A DNA stretch of 64,000 nt from Yuukianura sp. NJ FZ-2021 (GCA_046563655.1 CM102287.1:5084001-5148000); one strand, 5' to 3'. Positions 47,175 to 61,640 are shown, counted from the first letter of the stretch. Notes: generated from the letters alone by a model not told the origin. Numbers and translations: made by a program.

Positions 47175-49657
47175 ATGATGACTGACACTGGCGTGGATAA
47201 GGACTTCAACATTGGTTTGCCGAGCCTTAACAAGTGGGAGCAGATTGTTGTTAATCGATTAGTCGCAGATCATGGAATGCATAAGGAAGTTGTGCTCGAT
47301 AAGCTCGCGGAGTGGTTCCAAGCCCTAGAATGCCGATTTTCGGATAATACGGATGGTAAGGTCATGGTGCTCCAAAGTTACTTTAATTTTGGTACTCCAT
47401 TTAATTTGCTCTACTACATATGTGAATTTCATTTTAACGTGGCTTGATTGCTTGGAAATAGTTTCAGATTATGATCCTGAGTCGAAGGTCGTAATAGAAA
47501 TCAAGCACAATTTTGGACGAATTTGGAAGCTTCTGATTTGCTCCGTGCTCATGGCAAAAGACGATGGTATTGCGGAAATACTGTCAGCAGCTGTCGGCGG
47601 TTACACCAAGGCGATTTCTGAGAAACCAACTCTTTTGTCTCTGTTCACAGAAGCTTTAATAGTTGTCTTAGTCGAGGAATGGGCTTGGATCCGTCCAGTA
47701 CTTGATACTATTCCTCCCAGAATTGTGGTAAGCTAGATCCACCGTTGGACACAAAATACCTTACGTTTAGTGAGATTGAAGTTTTTCCTTTTATTATTTT
47801 CATTGTTAGCTGATTAGTCAATTCCTTCGCAGTATCTTTCAAATTCTGTCGGATCATCAGTGGAAAGACGATTATCTCGAGCCATTCCTTGGTACGCTTC
47901 GTGTCCATCTCTTCAATCATCATCCTCCGCCGCCGAGATCCACAAGAGCTGCATCCAAAGTTCCAAAACCTCTTCAGGCTCCTGCAGATTTACAAGTCCG
48001 ATTAGTGGGGTCTATACTTCAGGAATTTCCGAATTCTCATCCCAAGATCTTCAGGTTTCTTTCATTGTTTCTTAGTGAACTAGTTGAGATTGAAAGTAGT
48101 ACATCGGAAAAGTTCGCGGAGATTATTCACCGAAGCATATCTTGTCATTTCTCCAGTCTTTCAAAGAGTTCTACTTGTGATAATATGGAGTCCCTTGAGA
48201 CGTCGTTGCAAGACATTGTAAGTTAAATTGGTTAAAGTTTCCTGTCATCATTTCTACTGTTACATTTTTCCAACGCTTAACCTCTGATTTGTTTTTGGAT
48301 ACTTAGGAATTAGACGACAAAAAAACCGATGGTGATTCCGCAGCGTTCGGTTCGGCTCAAGCTCCTAATCTTGGAGCAACTACGCAAAATCAACAATGTG
48401 ATCTTGATTATCACGAAATCATTGTCCTACTTCGCAGATCCCTGATTCGCATAAAACATGAAAAAATAGGACAAAAGACGGAAAGCATTGTCCAAGAACT
48501 ATTGCAGAAGTAATAATTTCTGGAATTAATGTATTTTAAGCTTAACATTTTACTCGATAATCCGAGTCGTTTAGCTCTTAAGTTTTTATCGTTTTTTTTT
48601 ATTTCAGATTCGAAAAACTTCTGAGTCAATCTGCATCAAGTTCTACAACTGCAGTCACCTCATGCTACAGTACTCCAGTCAGCGTCGCCACTTCAGCAGT
48701 ACTTGTTTTCGGAGCACGAAAACGAAAAATTAAAGTCAGGCCAAAACTGTTACTCAGAGATTCGGCACCAAACGTTCTCGGATTCGGATTCCTTGACACC
48801 AAATGGAGTTCACCATACTTAAGTGATCCTGAGCTTCTAGACCATATTGAAGACAACTACATGAGCTACCTCGTGGAAATTGGTCGCACGGTTGTGCCAT
48901 TAAATGAGAATGTTCCGTCCGAGGGAGTCTGCGATGATGGACCCGTCAGAAAGCAACCGAGAATTTCTGAACATTTAGTTGTGAGACGGAATCTCAACTT
49001 CGTTGTCGGCGCTGAAATGAGAAATGCTGCTGAAATGGTTTCAGTTCACGAGAATGATATCGACAACAATGAAAATCTTATGAAGATCAACTTGTCCCCG
49101 GAACTAATGGATCAAACTTCTGGACTGACATCCAAAGTGTGCTTAGTGGACGGCGGACATAAGGTTATCGAAGTTGTCACGCCGAAGAAGAGGAAGTTCA
49201 ATCCAGAATCATCACACAACGCTGAAATGGTAGCACCAGTTCCAGTTTTCAATCCATCTGTGATTTCAACAATGTTCACCGAAACTACTGGCATATCATT
49301 CACTGCTCCCTCTTTCCCAAAAGAAGTACGCTTTGTTCTTGCAAGTAACCTGGAGCACGGTATGTTTTTCTCTGAGTATTTGGAAATTAATTGCATAATT
49401 CAACCAACCTTTGACAAATCAGAAATCAGAACATGCAATTAGCTAATTGTGAACTATTTCTCGGAATTTCAGAATATGACGATTACGAAAGCTCCGTTGG
49501 ACAACGTCCTGCTGTTCCATTCGATCGAGAACGCGTGCCAAAACGAAGCCTGTTAAAAGCCAAATACAAAACACAAATACCAATTCGACACTGGAAAAAG
49601 AAGGCCGCTGCTGCTGCCACTGCCACAAGTACTCAGATTTCCAACACTGCAAATTGA
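47175..49657 (+). CDS. Uncharacterised multi-exon protein (helical N-half, low-complexity basic C-half)
   Basis: About six exons linked by short GT-AG introns in compatible phases; NLS-like TPKKRKF; no family recognised. Confidence 0.6.
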
Positions 49658-50006
49658 AAATTCGAACTCCTCAACACACAGGTTCTAAACCGATTTTTCT
49701 TTCATTTTTATGTAAGTACGCTCCATTTTTTTTACATTATTAGAATACCATATACGGGATTGTAAAACTTTCCATAAGATACTATTTTTCATAAGCAACG
49801 TCTTTTAGGTTTTAGACTTTCATAACTCTAATTTTCTAGTATTAGGATAAGATTCGTTTAGTTTTTTCAAGATTTTTTTACACGCAAAAACAGAAATTAC
49901 AAAGCGAAAATACGCATCAGTATTGCTAGAAATAAACGTATGCTATCCAAAAAGAGAATCAACTTTTGCACAGATTGTTATGGTTACGAATTCTTTTTCG
50001 TAAAGT

Positions 50007-50019
50007 GTTGTTGGGCAAC
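50007..50019. promoter_or_regulatory. RFX X-box upstream of the lebercilin-like gene
   Basis: GTTGTT-G-GGCAAC fits the consensus, 200 bp upstream of the ATG; second near match ATTGTT-AT-GGTTAC at 49974-49987. Confidence 0.5.
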
Positions 50020-50217
50020 GAATCGCTCCAAAATATTAAAAAAAAAAGTTTATAGCAGCAGCATCATCGCGATAGCATAATAGCGAAGAAAGCGATTTGG
50101 TCATCTTAGCACGGATATGACATAAAACTGTAATACTTAGATTGGATTTAGGATTTTGCATAAAAGTGAACTAATCGACATTTAGCACTCTTCAAATAAT
50201 TGTTTTTTTTTGCAACG

Positions 50218-53200
50218 ATGAATCGTAGAGGTGGACCTATCGGACGCGAAGCAAAGTAAATCCTCAACTCTGTGAAAAATTAATCTTATTTAAAATTTAT
50301 CAGTTTTCTAAATTGCAATTTTTCAATTTCTTCTAGGAACGAAGCTCATCGTCAGCGGTACCATAAAAATGACGATGCTGGCCAGTATGACGAATATGAA
50401 GAACTTGAAGCCGAAGGAGAAGCGACCATTCAATATCAAACGCCCAAAGTGACTTACAGACGGATGAGTTTCAAAGCACGCAGGACACGGGCATCTATTC
50501 ACCAAGGTTCACAGGATTCAAAGGGATTTGAACCGGAAGCTGGTGACCACGGTGATGTTGGGCCACAGTCGCAACGAAGTAAATCTGGTAGAACTACAAT
50601 ACTTGAATCTCAAACTATTAAAAAAATTCCAATGTATTGTGTAACTTTAATTTGTGAAACTGTTCAATGGCATTTAGATACACTCAGATCTTGGATTCCG
50701 AGGGGAGGTCAAAGCAAAATGGGTTCTGTGAGCTCAGTTTCGTTGGAGGTGGAGCTGGAAGATCGGAAAAGTTCAAACTCCGCTAGCAATTTGGCCCTCG
50801 TTCCGTCTCGGAAACATATTGGATCTTATTCGAATCAGCCCAAGAAAACTGTCAGCTCGGTGCAACAACGACTGAACTCTGCAAAAGAGATTCAGATCAA
50901 AGATCTGACTAGCAAAGTTCATCACCTCGAGACAATAATTCAGGTATGATTTTACAAAATGAGAAATCTAGAATGAATAGTGCACTTTTGAAGTCAAGAA
51001 CATCGATGTTTTGATTGATTTTATTTGAACACAGAACTTGACTGCGGAAAACAAGACATTGAAAACTGGATTCAGTCGTCAGGCTGCAGCATTGCAAAAG
51101 TACGAAGGAGAAGAAGCGGATTTGCCGAAGGTGCTGAATTTTCATAAAAGTGAAGTTAAATATTTGCAGCAATCACTACGAAGTGTAAGTTTTCTGAAAA
51201 ATATTCATCTGAAAATATTGTGTTCAATGGAAAACTTTCAAAATGCAAATTACTTTTAATAATTTTTTTTTGAAATTTTGAATTTCAAAGGCACAGCAAT
51301 CCTGTAGGAAGTACGAAGACATGATTCGTGGTTTGAACAAGAAAATTTTGGGACTGGAAGACCAGAATCGGAAACTCAAGAACCTTGTGGATTCAAATGA
51401 CTTGGAAGAGCGAGAAAAGTTACAACGTCGCTTGATTGACACGATTCGTCAGTTGGGCGAAGCTCAACAAACAATTGAAGAACATGGACGGCAATTTGAG
51501 CTTCTCCAGAAAAATCATGTTCATCAATTGGGAACAATACAAGCCAAGTTAAAAGCATCTGACAACAGAGTGTACTCGGCTGAACAGGAGTTGTATCGCC
51601 TCACGGATCTTATTCAAGTTATTTTCCAATTTCAATAGCAATGTTATACTGTTTTGGTTGAAAATTTATAACTTTTGATTGATTTGTGTGCTTACAGCAA
51701 AAAGATCGTGTCATCAGCTACTTGCGAATGAGAAGTCGCGACCGTGGCCTTGAACCTCCGCTGCACCGCAAAGTCATGGAGCAATTTAAGTCGGATTACA
51801 AATATTATTAGTAAGTTTTCCTGCTAAAAACTTTAGAAAAAGTCTCAGTGTCTTGTAGAATTTGATGTTTAGCAACCAATTTTTTGTGTGATTACAGTCA
51901 GGTTGAACAATCTGCAGACTCTGAAGTGTTTACGGACACCCATGTTCAAACTGGTGACGAGAATTATGAATGTCGTAGAAAGAGCAAGAGCACGACGGAG
52001 TTATTTCATGGCACGAAGACAGAGAAATGTCCCGAGAAGGAAATCGACAGAAAAGAAAAACGGGCAATTCATCATTCGAAAACGTTTGAAAATCGTGACG
52101 ACATCGAACGTCCTCAAAGTCCCGGCTCAACTCCTGCGACAATTCCGACAGGAGAGTACTGTTCATCTCCGAAGTCAATGGACAGTCAGTTTTCTGAGGA
52201 AATGCGACAGCATAGTCGAGAGAGAAACTTGGACCAGCCGTGTCCATATTCTGAAGAGGAAGCCGAACCTGATGCTCAGCCTGAATCTGACAACGAAAAG
52301 AACATTCCAAGAGATGTTGACCAAGACGACGACTATGACAGTGAAGCTGAGTTCTTCGGTACTGTGAGACCCATGCAGCATCCGTCAAATATACCCAAGA
52401 GAGGAGCAACTTATGTTCTCTATCGACAAGGCGACAATTATGACCAAAGGATTGACAATGGTTTTTATGTCATGGACGTGGAGCCGTTGGCTTATGACAA
52501 CAACGAAGAACGTGACCAGCATTCGGACCAGGACAGCAGTAGTAGGGGTAATGTCCAAGATGAGGACTCGCCACTGCGCAGTATTGACTACCGAACGTCA
52601 ATTCCGTCTGAACCAACGTACGAGAGACTCCTTGGAACTGGAGATACTGAAACCGATGCTGGACCGGAGATTCACACGCAGACGGAAGACCAAGATGGGA
52701 CAGAGAGTCGAGAATACGCTGATACTGGAACGGCACAAGGAGAATACGACGACCATCGTCAGCATGATGGTGACAGTGACTCAGACGATGACATTCAGTT
52801 GGCTAAGTACTCCGAGGAGGAATTCTACGGCGACAGTTCCGTGGAAAACGAAGTCATAGAATCCGGAATCGAAGGACTTTCATTCTACATCAGCCAATCT
52901 CCCAAAGCATCTTCAAATGTTCCGCACATTCCGCCTGAGGATAAGCAGTATTTTGCTTATTTGAGCAAACCAAGGTGTGTCAAGGCCACTGGAGATCAAT
53001 TAGAGCACGGTTCAGATCAACTGTCTCCTCATGACCTTATCTTCTACCGGTCAACTCCTCGGAATTCCTCTGCAGAAGAAGTAGAAGATCAAGAGGAATT
53101 GGCTACAAACGACGACGGTTTCTACAGAAATTCAAGCTGCCTGTCCAACGCATCCAATTCAACTGCAAACTCTCATAGTTCAATTGCTTTACTTCATGCC

Positions 53201-53548
53201 ATCAGACCGAAAGGACCGACGAAACAATCTCCAGCCAATTCTCGGGAGTACACGGCTGAATCAAGAGAAGTCCCGCCAGTTTCTACTGAAGGTGAACCAA
53301 GATCGGCTGAGGATCAACCGATTGGAAATTGGTACATGGATGACTCAAATACTCACATTACCACCACAAACGTTTTAGAATCGAAAATTGAAAAGCCAGA
53401 TCGAACCCAGCTTCGACATGTTGCCAAGCAACCCATCACTGGAAGTGTCAAGAAGCAACAAGTTCCAGTCAATCCAAGACCTATTGTCAAAAAACCATTG
53501 CCAAAACAATTACCGTCGAAACCAACCAATTCGAAGCGATTCATCTAA
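50218..53548 (+). CDS. Lebercilin (LCA5/LCA5L)-like ciliary coiled-coil protein with long acidic disordered tail
   Basis: VQQRLNSAKEIQIKDL...ENKTLKTGFSRQAAALQKYEGEEADLPKVLNFHKSEV...LEEREKLQRRL matches the Lebercilin domain. ATG 50218 with a phase-2 first intron. Confidence 0.8.
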
Positions 53549-56124
53549 AAAATTGTATGGAAATTTTTAAACAAGATAAGCAGAAATCGCTAATGCATAT
53601 AAAAAATTGTCTTTTTTTCATCCAAAGTGTTTTGCCGTTAATCTAAATTATATACCAAAAATTTACCAATTTTTCAATTTATTTGGTCATGTTGAGTGAA
53701 AATTAAAAAAACGCAATTTAAAATCTGTTTTCAGAATTCAAAGAACGTAGTATGTATTGCGAAAGTTGTTGTGTGCAAAAGCGAAAGTTAACAAACAAGT
53801 AACTGGAAATACTGTGAAGCAGAGTTGTAAACTTGAGTCATAAAGAAAGAGAGGTCAAATTTTACAATGAAAAAAGTGACATTTTAGGTCAAGATCACAA
53901 TTCACCAATGTGCAGAATGAAATGATGATTGATTGATTTTTTTGCAAATCATAAACACATAACATATCCACGCTCTCAGCATTCTACCACCGTTAGCGTT
54001 GCATAAACGGTAGTAACCAGTAACATAACAATGCAAAAGTACAACAATACCGTGTGTCTTCCCTTGCCAATTTCTTATACAAATCACAAGTTCTCGATTG
54101 CCAAAAATGAGCATCAACTTTTTGCAATTTATCAATTTGCATAAACGTTGCCAAATACACCGTTTTTCAAGATCGTTTCATCCCATCATCTTCCGTAGCC
54201 ATGAACAAAACAAATGATCTTCGGCACATGACTGGCCAAGGTCATTCCTTTGTCTCCGAAAATCTATTACCTCCATAAACTAAATCTTAGACAAATTGCA
54301 AATTTAAGAATGTTAATTGTTAAATTTCAATTAATCGTGATTGATCATTCCTAAAGACTTTTACTTTACACTTTTTACTTTTTGAGGGTCAACTGCAACC
54401 ATACATGTCCATTTTGTAAAATTTAGCTTAACCATAATCGAAATGAAGATTATCAAATTCCTGAAAAGGCGAAATTCCAAAATTTGCACTTCCAAAAAGG
54501 AATTTTGCAAACTTTGCAAAAATTTTGAATTTTGGAGACATTGCGTAAATTGTGCACAATTTTGGATGGTGTTTATTTTTAGCTGTAATTGAAAAATTAA
54601 AAGTTAAAATGAGTCATCATTTGAGTAACTTTTAATTTTGAGTTAATCATAATCTATCACGTACTGTTGTGACTAATTGTGTTACTAAACAGCTATGTTT
54701 ACAATTTTTCATTGTTGACAATAATTGCAGTTTAGATTTGCATTTAAATGTGATTAAACAAGACAATTTACAAGACCAACTACAATGGGAATTAAAGTAC
54801 GAGCCCAGAATATTTTAATCGTTTAGAGGTAATGAAAGACTATAATTCATTTACACCTCTCGGCAAAGTAATTCTAATCAATTATTTTATTATAATTATT
54901 ATATAAAATTATTTGTTCCATTGTTACAATTGTCCACTAACCAAGCTAGAGGTGACGTTTGCTCGTTGCACTTTGCAAAAATTTGCCAATATTTTTTGTC
55001 TTTAGAGATCTCAATCATAGTATAAAAAATCTCAAGCCAAAATTAACTGCAACTCTGCAGCTTCTAATCCTATCATTAATCTTCAATTTGCAAATTGATG
55101 TAAGCACGCCTTTTACGTTTGCAATTTTTGCAACACTGCAAAAATGCTACATGCTACAACTAACATCCCGTTTCACTATTATGTACAGGGTCCTACAAGC
55201 ACGTATCTTTTTGTTCTTAATTTATGTGCATAATTTGAAAATAAAATGCAAATATTGATCTCAATTTTGCACGCCAACTAACCTAAATCTTCCGCCAAGC
55301 TGTTAGATTTTTAAAGGCTATTAGATTACCTACCAATTACTGGGCTATGAACTATAATTTTATAATTTTTTATTATTGTTAGGTTAACCTTATGGGTTAA
55401 CCTTTACAACTAATCTGAGGTTATGCAATGATTACCAGGTTAGGTTACGTCTAAATTCTAAATCACATAGTACCTACCTTATTAGAACGTTTTGTAAGGT
55501 CAGACGTCAGAATTTGAAAAGTTGTAACTTTTTGGCATTGATTGAGTTATAAAAGTTATACTTTTAGCAAACTATGGAATTAACGTGAGGTTAGTTTTTA
55601 AAATTAAGTTCGGCTTAGGTTTTTAGGTTTTTAGGCATAACTTTTAAGTTATGTTGAAGATGACTTTTACATGAAGTTATGTTTAACCTTTAGATTAGGT
55701 TAGTTTATAATTTATTTGTGCTACAGTAATAGCTGTTGAATCAGGAACTTGTTCCCTGCCGTCTCGTTGAAGGCTTACGAGAAGCATCAATTAAGTTAAT
55801 TTTTGTGGTTGTTCTTCCCCTTGGTCATTGGAAATTAAGAGACTATTGTTATTCTGTATGATGAGAAGTTAGAAGAACAACTGAAGGTTGATCTGTGGTG
55901 GCCAATTCCCATTGTTCCAAATTCTAATTGTGTATTCTGCTTCTTGTCTCAATAAAAATGAAAACGATGATGGGAGAAGGTGGGGCTGATTTCAAATGGG
56001 CACCACCACAAGCATCAGCAGAGGCCACCAGCCTTGTGACGTCACCCTATTGTTGTTAGGCAACAATTCCACTGCTGACAGATGAAATGGACTCATACTT
56101 GGTAGGAATACTTGTATGACCACC

Positions 56125-56161
56125 TATAAATACTCTCAGGATCTCGTCCAGGGAGTCATTC
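56125..56161 (+). promoter_or_regulatory. TATA box and Inr of cuticle gene 1
   Basis: TATAAATA at 56125 and arthropod Inr-like TCATTC at 56156. Confidence 0.6.
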
Positions 56162-56216
56162 AACAATTTAACTACTCTCAAGTTTGTGAATCAAACAAGA
56201 GTTTCATCTTCACAAA

Positions 56217-57217
56217 ATGATTCAGGTGAGAAGTTGAAAAAATCGGGGATTTTTTGACTTCCTGGATAAAAAATCAGCGATTTTGTTTGGGTTTTGGAAT
56301 TTTTAGGTTGCGGTTTTGTTGGGAGTTTTGGCTGTCGCCAGCGCTGCACCGGGTGCTCCAGTACTTGCAGCATCTCCGGTTGCAGCTTATAGCACTGGAG
56401 TCGTCTCTGGCGCTGCTCCGTTGGCCTATGCCCATGCCCCAGCTATTGCCAAGGTCCACGCTGCTCCAGTGTACGCAGCTGCCCCTGCACCAGTCTACGC
56501 TGCTGCTCCAGCCATCGCCAAAGTAAGTCCAGCCCACGTAAAATCAACATAACCAGACATCAGCGATTGGAAAACTTGAAAAATTTTTTGTCAAAATTTT
56601 ACGACAAAATTTGTTTTTGAAAAGGTTCACGCTGCCCCAGCAGTCTATGCTGCCCCTGCACCTCTCGCCGTTGCCAAAAGTGTGTTGCACAAAATTTTAG
56701 CTTTGTATTGAATTCTGAAATTTCAAAAACTGTTTCTAAAAATTTCGATTTTTAGCCGTCGCCGTCTCTCCCGAGCCATTCGACCCCAACCCACAGTACA
56801 ACTACGGTTACTCAGTTGCTGTAAGTCTGGAAATAGACAAGACCGAAGTTTCATTTTTTGAATTTTTCGAAATTTTGGCTTCAAAATTGGGAATTTCAGG
56901 ACGGTTTGACTGGAGATTCCAAGAACCACCAAGAAACCCGTGATGGAGATATCGTCAAGGGCCAATACTCCCTCGTTGAGCCTGATGGAGCTGTCCGAAC
57001 TGTGACCTACACCTCGGATCCAGTCAACGGATTCAACGCCGTCGTTGACCGAAGTGCTCCAGCCGTCGCCGTTGCCCCAGCAGTCGCCAAGGTCCACGCT
57101 GCTCCAGTCTACGCCGCTGCTCCAGCTCCAGTCTACGCTGCTGCTCCAGCCATTGCCAAAGTACATGCTGCTCCAGCCTACGCTGCAGCTCCAGTTGTCA
57201 AGACCCACCTCATCTAA
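56217..57217 (+). CDS. RR-2 cuticular protein (chitin_bind_4) with AAPA repeats
   Basis: Microexon MIQ, signal peptide, [59 protein letters not shown]. Confidence 0.93.
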
Positions 57218-60200
57218 ATCACCAACCGACCGCCAAAAATGAAGGACGCTGAAATCCGTTGAAATTGAAAAGAATTGAAAACTACTCCGCCTCTTGATTC
57301 TTCTTCCTTTTCGCCTATTTCTGTAAAAACAACTCCCTGTTTAGTCATCTTCGCAATTTTTGTACTTTTGTATATTTATATCTGTGATTTTTATATAAAT
57401 TTCATCACCTTCATGTTACACTTGAACTTGAGCGAAATTTTTATTTCATACTGCATAATGTGGCTAAAATTTTGAAGAAAATGAAACTGCGTGACAAGTG
57501 AAGCTGAAAAATCATAAACCACTCAGAGTCACTCAATTCATCAAAAATTCAAAAAATATGGCAATGATGAAGGTGCGAGTTGCGTAATTAGATCAACAAG
57601 TTTTCATTTTCATTTTATGAACTGAACCTTGTTTACCTTAACTTACGGAAAGACAAAAATTGAAGGAGATTTTTAATTACTATTGCAAATAATTAACGCC
57701 ATAAAAATTTTTAACACAAGGCATGGCTACATTGTTTGAAAATAAATTTTAGTTGAAGTTGCTTTGTAAAACCGATTTTGTATTGAAACTTAGCATTTGA
57801 ACAAAATTTCGGTTTTTCCGTTTTTCATTTTTTGAAAAAATGGAAACTGGTGAATTTGAAATTCAAAATGAATTTGTTTTTTGAAACTCTGTGAAGACAA
57901 GGTTCGATGAAACCTTGTGCTAATTTTGGTTTCAAGTTTAATTTTCTATTGTTCTCGTTATTCTTTTGCATATCTTTTGAATACACAAAAAACATCAAAG
58001 GAAAACATGAAGGTTGAGAGAAATTAGACAATTAACAATGGAGTTATTAGTACACATTTTTCAAGTTACGCCAATTTTCCCCTCCAGACAAATTTTGCAT
58101 GGCTCGTGCGAATTACATTTTTTGCAGAAAAACCATTAAAATGATTTAGAGATTGAGGAAATTGAAGATTTTGAGGAGATCCGTGTCAAATCTTCAATGC
58201 GGAAGAGGATACACAGAGAAGATCAATCGTTTGCTATAAATCATTTATGGACATTTTACTGTGAAATTATGAAAAAAAAAACAATGTCCAGACTCCGGAT
58301 GACCTCTGGCGATAAATCATAAAAATTTTCTAGGTCAAACGACTCTCCAAGTGCAATTAATGAACGTACAGCTTTGTTGTTTTTTGTAAAATTCAATTCA
58401 AGGACAAACTTGAAAAGAAAAATCGAGAAAAATAATTAAAGTTTGTCCTAACTACTCAATTCCGCAATTAAATTTCTATTCTTCTAAAAAATCTTTGTCC
58501 ACCGTTTATAGCTTTGCGACAACAAAACTATGTATAACTTGTCAAAATCATTGAAAAAGTTATATTATAGTGAATAATTTTCATAACTTCTGGTTCAAAT
58601 CAACAAAATTGGAGCATTTCGAATTTGATAACAAATTCCTCAAAACATTTGCTTTTGTGAATTAAAAATCTGCACTTCAGTAGGCGAATTTCTCAATTTT
58701 TTACTACTTTTGCAGCAGTTGAGGAATTTTAAAAAATTATGAAAACTTTTCGTCGAAAAAATTCGAAGTTGTGAACAATTGTGTCGAATTGTCGAATCCG
58801 AAATGTCGAATGTTTGAGAAACTTTTTTGCCAATGCAATGGTGATGGTGAATCAGAATCTTTAAACAAGTGAAATGAATTAGGAATTAGCATTTCGAAAG
58901 AACTCCAAAATGCATCTCTGGGTCAAAATGTCGAAACTGGTGCAACATGCATTTTGAATTACACACATAAAAAATTAGCACAACGCGTCAAATTAATTGA
59001 TCTTGAAATGTGGGAGTTTTGCAAGCCTGTCAGACAAGGCTGTCAGAACCTTAATAGTGAAAGTGAAAATTGCCTTTTAGTAAAATTGAAATTCTAAATC
59101 TACAATCTAAATTTTTGTTAATTTGAGTTGGACTCCACCCTCACGAGTAAACAATTTTCGAGATGACCTCTGCTGAAGCGATCAAAGTCAGAAAAAAGTC
59201 GTGACTTGGAATAATCTATGTAAAAAATGACATGTGGCTTACCTCTTCACACTTCCAATCAATTAAGTCACTCTGAGAACCCACAATCATTTGGAAATTA
59301 TACTCCCCTTATGAAGTGGATCTGAGGTGTCAATCCACTTAACGAGATCAATAATCATCAGAATAACAAATCAAAAATTAAAAAAAATAGGTCACAAGTT
59401 TCAAAAGTAGAGCAAAGTAAAGGTGAGTAAGTCCATTCACGCGTTCTTTTACAAAGGTCTGCAAATGTACATGTTATTTTACATTACACTTTTTTGAATT
59501 TCAAAAAAGAAGTTAAATTTTTAATATTTTTTAGTTTCAGTTTCATTTCCTTTCAATTTTTGTAAAACTTTTCTTCTTATTAACCGTTTTAACAGTTCAG
59601 TTGAATACTACCAGCAAAATTGGCTTTAGTGTTACAAAAGAATAAACATCAATTTCAAAATTTGAATTTTTTTTTTCTAAAAATTTGCAATTTTAAATTT
59701 TTCAATTGAAAAACAACATTTTCAAAAAACTAAAACAAAAAACAATAGTTGGAAGGATGTGGAGCCTCGCGTCTGACTGGCTCCGTTACATTTTTTACAT
59801 CATTTTTGGCAAAACAGAAAACACGGATTCAGATTCTTCACTTTTGGAAATTCTTGATTTTTTTTTGAAATTGCAAAATTTTGTAACAAAATGTAGGTAA
59901 TAAAAATTGGATAATTTGAATAGATTCAATTGCCCACGATCCTTGCATCATCATGCAACCCTGATTATGAGTTCCTCCAAAAGTGAAAATGAAATTGATA
60001 GTGCCGACGGTGACCCAGTAACATTCACACGCCAAAAACACCGCCCCATGTTCATAAATTTCTAAAGCTCAGTCCATAATGGCCTACGGTTTTTTTAATT
60101 TTAAAAGAAGGCGCGGTTCCTTAAAAGTACACATTGTACACACATAGTTACACACCTTATACGTAAATACACGTATCCACTACATAATATGAAACAAAAG

Positions 60201-60413
60201 AAGTCCAATGCCATTTCGTTTTCATTAAGGGTGTGGGAACTCACCCTAACTTTGTTATTCCAACTTTAATTTTTATTGTTGTCTATACACATAACAGAAT
60301 CAATGCCTAGGTCTCTCCTTTTGCCTCCTTTTTCCATTCGCCTCAAAATTTGCACATGATCTCAAAATTCGCGATTGGGAATTGGCGAATGTATTGACGA
60401 AAAAAAAGTTTCC

Positions 60414-60451
60414 TATAAATAGTCAACACTTTGCTGAATTTAATATCAGAC
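60414..60451 (+). promoter_or_regulatory. TATA box and Inr-like element of cuticle gene 2
   Basis: TATAAATA at 60414 and TCAGAC at 60446; similar spacing to gene 1. Confidence 0.55.
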
Positions 60452-60505
60452 AACAACCCCTCATCATCTCAGAAGCAATCAAACCAAAAGCAAACCAGGA
60501 GCATC

Positions 60506-61385
60506 ATGTTCAAGGTGTGTACGAAAAAAGTGGTGCAAAATCTTAGGAGACAAAGATTTGCACATTTGCAAAACCAAAAACACCGGATTTAGACTTAAAA
60601 TTTTGAAAACTAAGTTTTTTTTTCTTTTGCAATTGTTTAGGTAGTACCTTTCTTGGCCTTGTTGGCTGGAGCTTACGCAGCACCACAAGTCTACGCCCAA
60701 CCCGGATTCGCAACATACGCAGCAGCACCAGCAATTGCCAAGGTACACGCTGCCCCAGCAGTCTACGCAGCTCAACCAGCCGTCGTTGCCAAGAGTAAGA
60801 AAATTTCCTGACCTTTGACCTTCATTTGAATTTTGGGTTCAACGGAAACATTTTGAATCAAATTCATTCCTGACTTTATTTTACAGCCGTCGCTGTTGCT
60901 CCTGAGCCATACGATGCCCACCCACAATACAACTACGGCTACTCAGTTTCTGTAAGACTGAATTTCAAAAAATTACTTTTCTGAAAATTTGGAACCTGAA
61001 TTCGAAAAATTTGGAATTTCAGGATGGTTTGACTGGAGACTCCAAGAACCACCAAGAAACCCGTGATGGAGATGTCGTCAAGGGCCAATACTCCCTCGTT
61101 GAGCCCGATGGAGCTGTCCGAACTGTGACCTACACCTCAGATCCAGTCAACGGATTCAACGCCGTCGTTGACCGAAGTGCTCCAGCCGTCGCCGTTGCCC
61201 CAGCAGTCGCCAAGGTCCACGCTGCTCCAGTCTACGCCGCTGCTCCAGCTCCAGTCTACGCTGCTGCTCCAGCCATCGCCAAAGTACATGCTGCTCCAGT
61301 CTACGCTGCAGCTCAACCCGTCCTCAAGACACACCACGCCCATGCTCCAGTCTACGCCAACGCTGCTCCAGCCTACCACTTCTAA
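60506..61385 (+). CDS. RR-2 cuticular protein, tandem paralog
   Basis: Microexon MFK, signal peptide, same RR-2 consensus, AAPVYA repeats. Confidence 0.93.
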
Positions 61386-61640
61386 GTCGCAATTTCAAAG
61401 TCTCCCTTCCAAACCCCTTCACACCTTGATTTAAGTACCTCAAAAGTCTCAACTTCTTCTTTACAAGCTTACTTTTTTGTACTCCTTTTTTGTACTTTTT
61501 GAAATGAAACGCACTTGTTGATCTATGAGAATACGGCTACTTTTATTTACTACATTTCAAAATTCATCAATTTTGAATTAAGGAAGATTTGGTTCAACAA
61601 ATTTTGAAAAAAAAAGAATACTTTTTTTAAAAAGTGAACC

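Noticed and set aside
53600..60400. Short Phe/Lys/Ile-rich ORFs in the intergenic DNA around the cuticle genes
   Set aside because: Mostly non-ATG starts, composition follows A/T tracts, no splice-consistent gene model.
56274..61379. Antisense WSSVD-repeat ORFs over the cuticle genes
   Set aside because: Mirror of the Ala/Pro/Val codon repeats on the coding strand.
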